Shown: piece after piece, positions 20,732 to 30,500 of the stretch
How the letters are laid out: every line of letters starts with the position of its first letter
Position numbering within the stretch: position 1 is the stretch's first letter
Assembly (NCBI GenBank): GCA_964631935.1
Contig: CAZWAV010000003.1
Location: forward strand, 10,894-74,893
Direction of reading: 5' to 3'
DNA length: 64,000 nucleotides
Source of the DNA: an uncultured Candidatus Saccharibacteria bacterium
GTDB taxonomy: Bacteria > Patescibacteriota > Minisyncoccia > Phycocordibacterales > UBA9973
Notes under the pieces: model-generated
Database searches by the model: none
What the model was told of the DNA's origin: nothing
Seen by the model: the letters and a program-made list of their open reading frames with translations, nothing else
Program-made: the position numbers and the translations under genes

Positions 20732-21376
20732 TTAGTGGATACCGGTAATTAAAGAGAAGGCTATATATATCAAAGGAGAAACCTTACTCCAGAGCAAAAC
20801 AATAAAAAGAAGCAAGACGAACATCCCCCATCTTTCTAAGAAATTCTGAATATATCGAAACTGTGGAGGTAAAATCGAAAAAAGAATTTTTGATCCATCA
20901 AGTGGTGGAATTGGAATAATATTAAATAGGGCAAGAATTAAATTTGTAAAAACAATTATACTTGTGATCTTATAGAACGGATGAATTGCAATTGCATCAG
21001 GTATAAAAGGTGGTAGTCCAAAAAATGGAGCAAATCTTATAAGGAGCCCAAACAATATTGCGATAGTTAAATTGGCGACAATACCAGCAACAGAGACCAT
21101 AATATTCCCCTTCTTTCCATTTCTTAAATTATTTGGATTATATGGTACAGGACGAGCCCAACCAATAACAAAACCTGCTTTACTAAGAATAAGTAGGAGT
21201 GGAAGAATAATAGAACCAAAAGGATCTAAATGTTTTAGAGGATTTAGGGTTAGTCGGCCAGAAACTCTAGCTGTATTATCCCCAAGAAGATACGCCATAT
21301 AGCCATGAGCGAATTCATGGACAACAACAGACATTATAAGTATTACTACGTAGAAAATTCCGTCTATAGCTTGCAT
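20732..21376 (-). CDS. M50-family (site-2 protease-like) intramembrane zinc metalloprotease
   Basis: HEFAHG motif inside the first TM helix, 6 TM helices, 214 aa. Confidence 0.7.
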   Translation of the reverse strand: MQAIDGIFYVVILIMSVVVHEFAHGYMAYLLGDNTARVSGRLTLNPLKHLDPFGSIILPLLLILSKAGFVIGWARPVPYNPNNLRNGKKGNIMVSVAGIVANLTIAILFGLLIRFAPFFGLPPFIPDAIAIHPFYKITSIIVFTNLILALFNIIPIPPLDGSKILFSILPPQFRYIQNFLERWGMFVLLLFIVLLWSKVSPLIYIAFSLITGIH

Positions 21377-21405
21377 ATGTATGCCCTATATGATAGCATA
21401 CATCC

Positions 21406-21651
21406 ATGTCAAAAGTCTGCGCTATAACAAATAAGGGCTCAAAAATGGCTGGGGGCTACTCCAACGTTGTTCGTGCTACTAAATTCAACCCTACAGGCAT
21501 GGTCCGCAAATACCCTAATCTTCAAAAGAAGCGCATATACGTACCTGAGCTTAAAAAGTACTTCCCTCTTACACTTTCTACTCAAGCCATCAAAACTATA
21601 AACAAAAACGGTGCTTACGCAGTTCTCAAGAAAGCCGGAATCATAAAATAA
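21406..21651 (+). CDS. rpmB: 50S ribosomal protein L28
   Basis: MSKVCAITNKG....ATKF.P....NLQ.KR.YVPEL pattern matches L28 (MSRVCQVTGK...ATKRRFLPNLH). Confidence 0.75.
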   Translation: MSKVCAITNKGSKMAGGYSNVVRATKFNPTGMVRKYPNLQKKRIYVPELKKYFPLTLSTQAIKTINKNGAYAVLKKAGIIK

Positions 21652-21680
21652 AAACCTTCGACTAGTCGAAGGTTTTTATT
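21650..21680. terminator. rho-independent terminator after rpmB (also downstream of the convergent comEC-MBL gene)
   Basis: aaaaccttcgactagtcgaaggttttt hairpin. Confidence 0.65.
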
Positions 21681-22562
21681 TTATTGAAACAAGCTTACTC
21701 CATCAGTTTGAAATATTATTGTACCCTTTTGGTATGTCGCCAGATATGGAATATGTAGAGTGCTTAGTAAATCAAGGACTTCTTTGTGTGGGTGACCATA
21801 ACGATTATTTTTCCCTGCGGAAATTATTGAGATTTCTGGATTTACTTTCTCAAGCCATAATTCACTTGATGATGTGTGTGACCCATGGTGACCAAGCTTA
21901 ACGACTTGTGCATGAAGAGCATCACTACTTTCATTATGCATGATTAAATTCTCCGTATATTTCGTCGCATCACCTGTGAGCATAAATGATTCCTTACCAT
22001 AGACAAGCCTCCCTACTATAGATCCATCATTTGATTCGGTAAATTTAGATACATCACGATCAGGAAATAAAATATCAAAATAAATATTTTTCTGAGAATC
22101 TAAAATTATGTGCATACCTCGACGAGCAATAATCTTTTCAACTTTATTTTCAGAAATTGTATTTTCGAGGTTTTCGAATGTTCTAGTTTTCGATGTTGCA
22201 CCATTCTCAATTACTCTTGGAACAGAGTACTGCCTAATTACTGAAGCAAGGCCACCAATATGATCAGCATCAGCATGAGTTGCAAGAACTATATCTATCG
22301 ATCGATCACCCCATGGCATAATTTTTGAGAGCTGTGCCAACACTGCATCATTGGGGCCTCCATCGATGAGCATTTGTTTACCATTTGGAGCTTCTATGTA
22401 GATAGAATCACCTTGGCCAATATCAAGAAAAGCTACTTTCAGTAAATTATTTTGATGACCCCTAGAATAAACAGTATATAGAATACCAATAAGTAGAATA
22501 ATAGTTATTACAAGTAGTATATATGGTAAATATTTGCGAAAATTTTTCATGGTATAATACAA
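21681..22562 (-). CDS. ComEC/Rec2-type metallo-beta-lactamase domain protein (C-terminal module of the competence channel), membrane anchored
   Basis: N-terminal TM; LDIGQGDSIYIE...DGG; HADADHIGG (HxHxDH); KLGHHGSHTSSS; GHPH are all MBL-fold motifs of the ComEC C-domain. Confidence 0.75.
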   Translation of the reverse strand: MYYTMKNFRKYLPYILLVITIILLIGILYTVYSRGHQNNLLKVAFLDIGQGDSIYIEAPNGKQMLIDGGPNDAVLAQLSKIMPWGDRSIDIVLATHADADHIGGLASVIRQYSVPRVIENGATSKTRTFENLENTISENKVEKIIARRGMHIILDSQKNIYFDILFPDRDVSKFTESNDGSIVGRLVYGKESFMLTGDATKYTENLIMHNESSDALHAQVVKLGHHGSHTSSSELWLEKVNPEISIISAGKNNRYGHPHKEVLDLLSTLHIPYLATYQKGTIIFQTDGVSLFQ

Positions 22563-22589
22563 ATATTACCACTAAGAAGAGAAAATACT

Positions 22590-23180
22590 ATGGACACATT
22601 CATACCGAAAACATTCACTATCCCAAAACTTACTGGAATTAGTGCAAAAAATATCGAAGAACATTTAAAGCTCTACGAGGGCTACGTAAATAATGCGAAT
22701 TTAATTTTGAAAAAAATAAAAGAACTTAGTGAAGATTCTGATAAAAATGCATATATTCTTGGAGAACTTCAGCGTAGATTTTCTTTTGAATTCGATGGCA
22801 TGCGTAATCATGAGTATTACTTTCATTCACTCGAAGGTGGTCCAGCACGCTTACCTTTTGAAAATACCCTCACCTATGCACTAGAAAAGGAGTGGGGTTC
22901 AATGGATAAATTTATCGATAGATTCAAAGCCATAGCTATGACTCGTGGTATCGGCTGGGCTATGCTCTACTATGATAAAGAGAGCGATCACCTGCTCACT
23001 CAGTGGGTAGAAGAACAACATTTAGGCCACCTCACTGGCCTCACACCAGTACTTTGTCTTGATATGTGGGAACATGCATATGTCTATGACTATCCGACAA
23101 GTGAAAAGAAAAAATACATTGAGGCATTCTTTGCAAATCTAAACTGGGAAGTTATTGAGAAAAACTTTGTAGGTAAATAA
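22590..23180 (+). CDS. sod: Fe/Mn-type superoxide dismutase (divergent N-terminal metal-ligand region)
   Basis: DMWEHAYVYDY (DxWEHAYY motif), FANLNWEVI; N-terminal helical hairpin has EEHLKLYEGYV instead of the canonical H..KHH..YV. Confidence 0.8.
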   Translation: MDTFIPKTFTIPKLTGISAKNIEEHLKLYEGYVNNANLILKKIKELSEDSDKNAYILGELQRRFSFEFDGMRNHEYYFHSLEGGPARLPFENTLTYALEKEWGSMDKFIDRFKAIAMTRGIGWAMLYYDKESDHLLTQWVEEQHLGHLTGLTPVLCLDMWEHAYVYDYPTSEKKKYIEAFFANLNWEVIEKNFVGK

Positions 23181-23182
23181 AG

Positions 23183-23214
23183 AAATGCCCCGAAGAATCT
23201 CGGGGCATTTTGTA
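23183..23214 (+). terminator. rho-independent terminator after sod
   Basis: aaatgccccgaagaatctcggggcattt hairpin plus T-rich tail. Confidence 0.65.
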
Positions 23215-23648
23215 TAGCTTTGTAGCTATAAGATAAAGTTAAGAACTTTTCAATGAAATTTTTTCGCTAACGCGGATGTGTGGGATTTTTGAGAGCTTGT
23301 CACTCTCGGAATTTTACCTGGTTTTTTTAACTGTTTGCGCCGGCCTTCCTTTTTTCACCGATGTTGATAGCAGCTTTTTTTACATTCAATTTTTGGTGCA
23401 CGCCCGAACTTCTGTTTTTGATACTTTTCATCTTTTTTTGATTTATAGGCAAAATGCCTAGTGAAAAAAATACTGATTCTGTTTCTGCAACTGGGGATTT
23501 TGGAGACTTTTTTATTTCGTACTGATGTACTTAATAATCCAAACTAGTCGGGATATTAGTTAATAAATATTTGATAATATTCCAATATCCAACCCTGCGC
23601 ATCTTTTGCTCAGAATCAAAAGAACTGTATGGACAAAATAGTACTCTT

Positions 23649-24959
23649 CTATATAATTCTGTCAATCTTACTTATGAACACCCACCAGAGAATTAATCCA
23701 TATAAAATTATTGTAATAAGTAGTGGAAAATATTGAATTGTGACACTGGCAAACGGAAGTGAGGCAAAAAAATGTATTACAGATAGAATATAAAAAAGTA
23801 ATAAATGTGCAATATATGCAAATGGAGTCGAAATCACAACAGACACAAATCCAATCATTCCGACAATAAAACTCATAAACATAGTAATAGGAATAAGAGG
23901 CAATATTAAAATATTGGCTGGGAGAGAAACTATAGAAAAAATTCCTGTGGAATAAAGAAGTACCGGGAGGACAGCTATCGTGGCAGCGATTGTAGTCGCC
24001 ACAAGTTCGCGAAGGCCGAACTTTGTTGGTAAAAATCTAATCCATTTAATAGTTTTAGGAGTTATAAATAATACCCCAAATGTAGCAATGAAAGATAGTT
24101 GGAATGATATATCAGTAAGTACTCGCGGATCATAGGCTATCATTAGAAGGGCGGCGATGACTAGGGCTCGGCCGGCATCGTATTTACGCCCAGTCATTCG
24201 TGCAAAGAGAGCAATGACAGCCATAATGCCAGCACGTATAGCAGTAGATGACGCTCCTGCAAGAAGTACAAATAAAACAATAACACAAATCCCCAATACA
24301 ATAGATACAGTCTGCGCAAAGACCAAACCAAGTATCTTCATAACTCCTTCAGCAACAATTGTCACATTGTAACCAGAGAGTGCAATTATATGAATCGTGC
24401 CCGTAGAGATAAATTCATTTCTCATATCAGTATCAAATCCCCCGCGGGCACCAAGAATTAAACCATCGGCCAAATCACTCTCTGGTGGCGAGATAACTCT
24501 GCCAATATTTTTCATAAATGAATCACGTAATTTATATAACAATGCTTGTATAAAAGAGCCGTGATCGTGTGAGATTACTTCAATCTCAGCATTTTGAATA
24601 ATAAAATATATATCTTGATTGGCAAGATATCTCTCGTAGTTAAACTCTTTACCTGAAGAAGTAATAAAGTTCTCTGGAGTCTCAAGTGTACCAGTGACTT
24701 TCACTATATCACCATAAGATACTCCTATATCAAGAGGTGCCACAGCCAATATATTTGATTCTTGATTATTGGGATTTATAGTGAGACGTTGGTTATATAA
24801 TCTCACATCTGGAGCCTCAACAACCTTTCCTTGTACATTCACCTTCTTCCCCACTGCTTCAGTGTAAGCCGGCGCTTTTGGTAAGAAAAAGAAAAATCGC
24901 ACAAGTGCAATGACAATTAAGATTATTATTATAAAAATTTCTTTTGCAGTAATTTTCAT
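23649..24959 (-). CDS. comEC: ComEC/Rec2 competence channel protein (DUF4131 plus Competence domain; N-terminal module)
   Basis: N-terminal TM, OB-like periplasmic segment, polytopic competence domain (ALSGYNVTIVAEG...LAGASSTAIRAGIMAVIALFARMTGRKYD...). Confidence 0.75.
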   Translation of the reverse strand: MKITAKEIFIIIILIVIALVRFFFFLPKAPAYTEAVGKKVNVQGKVVEAPDVRLYNQRLTINPNNQESNILAVAPLDIGVSYGDIVKVTGTLETPENFITSSGKEFNYERYLANQDIYFIIQNAEIEVISHDHGSFIQALLYKLRDSFMKNIGRVISPPESDLADGLILGARGGFDTDMRNEFISTGTIHIIALSGYNVTIVAEGVMKILGLVFAQTVSIVLGICVIVLFVLLAGASSTAIRAGIMAVIALFARMTGRKYDAGRALVIAALLMIAYDPRVLTDISFQLSFIATFGVLFITPKTIKWIRFLPTKFGLRELVATTIAATIAVLPVLLYSTGIFSIVSLPANILILPLIPITMFMSFIVGMIGFVSVVISTPFAYIAHLLLFYILSVIHFFASLPFASVTIQYFPLLITIILYGLILWWVFISKIDRII

Positions 24960-25047
24960 TTCATGTAAAAGAGAATATGTTTTAGAAAGCCTTGCGCAGG
25001 CCGACGGGCCGAGCAGAGCAAATTCCTAGCAAGGAATTATGTGTGCT

Positions 25048-25512
25048 TTATAAAATATATTTTCTTTGTAATGAAGAACAATCAGTCGCAATAGCATCAG
25101 CGCGCTCATTGTGGATGTGACCATCATGACCTTTTACTTTCTGCCAAGAAAGAGCGCCTTTAAAATCTCGGACATGTGCTATTAATTCTTGCCATAAATC
25201 CTGATTTAAAACTGGCTTTTTATTAGCTGTCTTCCAGCCATTTTTCTCCCAATTATGTATCCAGGTCGTTACTCCCCCTAAAACGTAGGTAGAATCAGCG
25301 TGGATGATAATACTATCTTTCGGATGTTTCTCTATTATATATTTAAGTGCTTCTATAACCGCCATGAGTTCCATGCGATTATTCGTCGTATCTTTCTCGT
25401 ATCCACCAATCTCTCCAGTGGTCTGATCTCCTGAAACAATCACCACTCCCCATCCCCCCGGGCCAGGATTTCCCAACGACGAACCATCTGTATATATTTC
25501 TATAGATTTCAT
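25048..25512 (-). CDS. rnhA: ribonuclease HI
   Basis: YTDGSSLGNPGPGGWG...NNRMEL.A...AL...H.DS.Y......W...W; canonical RNase H DEDD residues. Confidence 0.9.
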   Translation of the reverse strand: MKSIEIYTDGSSLGNPGPGGWGVVIVSGDQTTGEIGGYEKDTTNNRMELMAVIEALKYIIEKHPKDSIIIHADSTYVLGGVTTWIHNWEKNGWKTANKKPVLNQDLWQELIAHVRDFKGALSWQKVKGHDGHIHNERADAIATDCSSLQRKYIL

Positions 25513-25514
25513 AT

Positions 25515-27171
25515 TTATATTATATCAACAATTCTAAGTCGTAGCTCAGTGCGTCCAGCAAAAGTACTTTTCTCAAATGTTGCTGTCAATTGGATTTTCT
25601 CTCCGGCAGTTATGGAGCGATTATAACTCAGAGATGTCTTGAAAAATGCTATGGCTTTGACAGGTCGTCCCCTACTATTAGTAAACATGAGCTCTAAATG
25701 ATTTTTTTCTTTACCAAATTCTTTAACAGAGGTTATCGGCAAATCTATAAACATAAATGTTGGCTTTGGATTGCCCATTCCGTATGGTGCTAACTTTTCT
25801 ATAACATTATAATTCTCTGTAGTCACATCATCGATAGTGATGATCGCATCAATATTTGTTTCTGGATTACTTTCCTTTTTATCTTTAATACCATCAAATA
25901 CAGCAATTAATCTTTCTTCTAGGAAATGTACTTCTTCGTGCGACACAGAGAATCCTCCAGCACTAGTGTGCCCTCCCCACTCAAGTAGACTATTTTCAGG
26001 TAGAGTGCTCATCATGGAAACAAGATTTACATCTCCCCAACCTCGACAGGATCCACGAATAACTTCGCTCCCTTCACTTCCCCAGACGAAAGCTGGTCTT
26101 TTGTACTCTTCAGCAACCTTTGTAGCAACCAAGCCTAATATTCCTACTCTCCAATCTGGATTCCCTATAACAATAATAGACTTTTCTTCTCTTTTACTTA
26201 AAGTCTTTTTCACATCTTTCATAATATGAGCAACAATTGTTTTGCGTTCATCATTTATTTTCGCCAAATGGTCTGCTAAAGTTTTCGCTTCAACCGAATC
26301 AGTCGTTGCCAATACTTCAAAGGCGCGCATTGGGCTACCCATACGCGAAGCAGCGTTGAGACGAGGTGCTAGAGTAAATGTAACATCTTCTTCATTCAAT
26401 CTGCTTGTATCTACTCCTGCTTTGCGGAAAAGTTCGGCAAGTCCTGGACGTCGAGCTTTCTGTAAAACTTTTAAACCATAGTAAGCAAGAACTCGATTTT
26501 CATTTATAAGAGGAACTTGGTCAGCAAGAGTGGCCAGACCTGCCATATCGAGCAGCCATTTTTCCCATCCATCACTTAATTTCCAGTACTCGCTGTATTT
26601 TATGCTTAGTGCTTGGGCAAGTTTAAAAGCCAAGCCTGCTCCGCAGAGCATTTTGTCTGGGTATTCACATCCATCTTGTTTTGGATTTATAATTGCAAAT
26701 GCCCTTGGAATGTTTTCTTGGGGTAAATGATGATCAGTAATAATAACATCGATTCCTCCAGCAGTAGCTTGAGCTACTTCTTTAACCGCGGTGATCCCTA
26801 AGTCAAAAGTAATTAGAAGCTTCACACCGCTGTCTATAAATTCATCTATCGCATCAGCATGGAGGCCGTAGCCTTCATCGTGACGATCAGGAATATAAAT
26901 AGAGAAATTCACGTAACCAATCTTTGTAAAAAAATCATGCATAATAACTGCAGCAGGTATTCCATCACAGTCGTAGTCGCTATATATAACTATTTTTTCT
27001 TTAGCTTCAGTGGCCTCAAAAATACGAACGACGACTTTCTCCATATCCTTTAGGAGATACGGATCATATAGATGATGTTCATATGAAGGACTGAGAAATT
27101 TCTCTCTATCTTCGAGAGTAATTCCACGATTCTTTAGAAGTAAATCTAGGAGTTCAGTAGGGTTTGGCATT
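25515..27171 (-). CDS. recJ: single-stranded-DNA-specific exonuclease RecJ
   Basis: DHH motifs (IYSDYDCDGI, ITDHH), DHHA1 and OB-fold C-terminus. The ORF track starts at GTG 27224; the ATG at 27171 (MPNPTELLD) is also plausible. Confidence 0.85.
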
Positions 27172-27582
27172 TTATGATTGTAGCATAAAGTTAACTCCGG
27201 ATATAAAAAAATGTATGTAGCCACAGAGGGTTACATACATAATCATAATAAGGTGAGCTCTTTGGTTGCTATTTATGGAAAAAAGCAATAATTTCAGGAA
27301 ATTTGGCACCAATCATCAAAAGAATAACGAGTGCTAAAAATGCTTTAAATCCAAAACTGGTAAAAACTGACGGAGCGCATGGGTTGTCATTAAAAATTTT
27401 TACTTTTTTCATAAGCAAATTTTTAAGGGTTAAGTAATAAGATATTTTAAAGGTCAAATAAGTTCTAACCCCTAAAAGATATCATCATTTCCCCAAAAAG
27501 AATACCTTTGCTAATATCGTGCCATAAGCCCATTTTAAAGTCAAAAGGCAGAAGTGGATAAGAAGTGGGCAAATATTTTTAC

Positions 27583-30500
27583 TTATTTGCCTGCTAAAAT
27601 CTTATTCATAACTTCTCTAGTCTTCGGACCGAATATACCATCTACTTTTAGATTGTTTTCTTTTTGGAATAATTTTAGTGCAGATATAGTATTTCTTCCA
27701 TAAACTCCATCTACTTTTAGTAGTTTAGCTAGTTTTGATGAGAGTAAAATATTAAGAGTTTGCTGTATGTTTTTAATATCTCCCTTAGGGCTTTTAGGGC
27801 CAATGAATTTAATAAATTTAGGAATTGTTGTAGTTGGTATAGTGGGTGTAATGATCTTAGTAATAACTTGCGGAACAACCGGTGGGCCTCCTCCTCCACA
27901 ATTATTACAACCAGAAGGTGGTGGAGTAACCACTATGTTTTGTTTTAATAGACCATTGGTTGTATCTAGTATCCTCAATTTATCATCCTGAAACGCACTC
28001 ACATATATATCGGTCCCAACTACGCTCATTCCCGCTGGTGAATTACCGACATCTATAGTGCTTGTAATAGTATTTGTGTTTGTGTCGATAATTGATATTG
28101 TTCCGTCGTCAAAGTTCTCGACATAGAGAGTGGTACCTAGTCCAACAATACCGCGAGGACCTTGTCCAACAGTGATGGTATTAGTGATAGTATTAGTTGC
28201 AGTGTTGATTACCGAAACATTATGTGAGCGGTAGTTAGTGACATATACGTATGAACCAAGAACTGCTACTCCTCGTGGACCATCAGAACCTGCGGGAAGG
28301 ATTATAGTGCCTGAGACGGTGTTGGTTAGAGAGTTGATGATTGAGATATAGTTCCCTCCTGAATAGTTTGGGTCTCCATAGTTGGCAACATATAAATCAG
28401 TACCATGTGCTTTGATACCTCTTGGGTATGAACCGACGGGGATAGTCGCTGTTACAAGATTTGTATTTGAATTAATGACTGAGACTGTGTTTGATGCACC
28501 GTTAGTGACATAGACATTGGTACCTATAGTTGCAACGTAGTATGGTTTGATACCGACTGAGATAGTTGCGGTGACGGTATTGGTGGCAGTATCGATGACG
28601 GAGACGGTGTCTGAGTTTGTGTTGGCAACGTAGAGTTTCGTCCCAACAGCGGCGAGTCCGTATGGTTCAGAACCAACAGTGATGGTATCAACAAGCGTGT
28701 TGTCAGAAACTCTGACGACTGAGACCGTGCCTGCGCCTTGGTTAGCGATGTAGATGTACCCGTTGATGGAAGCTGAGATTTGGTATGGGGCGTCACCAAC
28801 AGTTATACTTGCATAGTCAGTGTTGATCACTATGTTCTTAATGTCGCCGAGGTTACGTACGATTAATGAGTTTTCTGCATTGAAGGAACCGACTGATGAA
28901 GGGAGGTCGTATGATGTGCGTGTGTGACCATTAGTATCTGAGACTGAGGCTGAGGTGATACTTTCGACAGCAAGATCAGGAGATGCGTCCCCTGCTTGGA
29001 CAGTATAGGTACCAGAGAGTGTTGAACCAGAGACATTGTTGAGTGTGACCGAGCGTCCAGAGTTGAGGAGGATGGTCATTGTTGAACCTGCTTGGAGTGT
29101 ACGGCCGAAGTTGGCCACTATTTGGATTGATTGACCAGTGGTGTATGTACCACTACTTGAGGAAGTGCTGAAGGAGGTGAGATTAGGAAGAAGGGATGAA
29201 ATTTGAGTGGTGTCGATGACGGAGACGATACTACCTGATGACCCACTGGAAATATAAATTTTACCGTTTAAAATAGCCCCATAATATGGATTATCAGTGA
29301 CAGGAATTGTTTCAATAACCGTATCTGAGTGAGAGTCAATGACAGACATTGTGTCACTATCGCCGTTTGCAACATATAAATATCTTTCTGAGGCTGCCAC
29401 AATATATCTGTTGCCACTTCCCACGTTTATCGTACTTTGTACTGTGTCAGTAATTGTGTTTATAACCTTCACAGTCCCTTGTCCACTTGAGACATACAGC
29501 TTTGTCCCGATGGCTACAGCAGATGACTGAGTATTATTTGTAACATTTATCGTTGTCACAGCATTTGTTGTTGTATTAATTACTTTTAGGTCTGTTCCAG
29601 CACCGGCATATACTTTATTACCTACGGCGACAACATACGATATACTTCCTGATCCACCGTTGATGAGTGTTGCTGTATGCGTATCATTGGTCGTATCAAC
29701 AACATATACTTTTTTTGAAGTACTGTCTCCAAGATACAGATTTGTTCCGACAATTGCAGGAAAACGAGCCTGACCCACCGTAATCGTCTGGGCAGTATCA
29801 GTAGTAGTGTCGATGACAGTCACATTTGTATTCCCTCCTGCAAGATATACTTTAGTACCAACACCAATAATGAGATACGATAGTATCTGACTCGTGGAAA
29901 TAGTTGAGGTGATGGTATTACTCTGTGTATTAAAAACAGATACATCTCTACTTGTATAGTTATCAGTGTACACTTTATGACCAAGGCCTATAGCAATAAA
30001 AGGATCACTACCGACAGTGGCCGTTGCTATAATTTCATTTGTCGCAGGGTCAATGACTGAAATATTTGATGGAGCACTTGCTCTTGTTATATATATTTTA
30101 TTGCCCAAGGTCAGGGGGTAGTAATTCCCTGGCATATATATACCCATAATAGTTGTATGGTCAGTAACTGCATCTACTTCAATACCAACGCTTTTGAGTG
30201 GTGTTGCACCTGGAGTATAGTCGACAAGTACAGCGTCCCCTGTTATCAGGGTATCCGCAATGGTGAGGATGACTACTTTCCCTGAGATAGTAACATTTGA
30301 GACGGTCGTCGCCACACCATTGATGGTAACAGAATAATCAGTAGTAGCTGGTATTGAATCAGTATCGAGCGTTTTGCTATAAATAAGTGTCACTGTATCA
30401 TCTATTGAACTCACATCGCTTAGGACGGCGTATACAAAAGAGCCACCATTGATGGTGCTAAAAGTCACACCGCTGTTAATTGTGGCATTTACTATAGTAA

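Noticed and set aside
23300-23400. SRP (4.5S) RNA candidate based on the ccggccttcc / ggaaggccgg patch
   Set aside because: Order and spacing do not match the conserved SRP domain IV (..CCGGAAGG..AGCA..) on either strand; kept only as a generic ncRNA candidate
27269-27457. 62-aa minus-strand ORF between recJ and the giant surface-protein gene as a small membrane protein
   Set aside because: It has a hydrophobic C-terminus, but without conservation evidence it cannot be told apart from a chance ORF in AT-rich intergenic DNA
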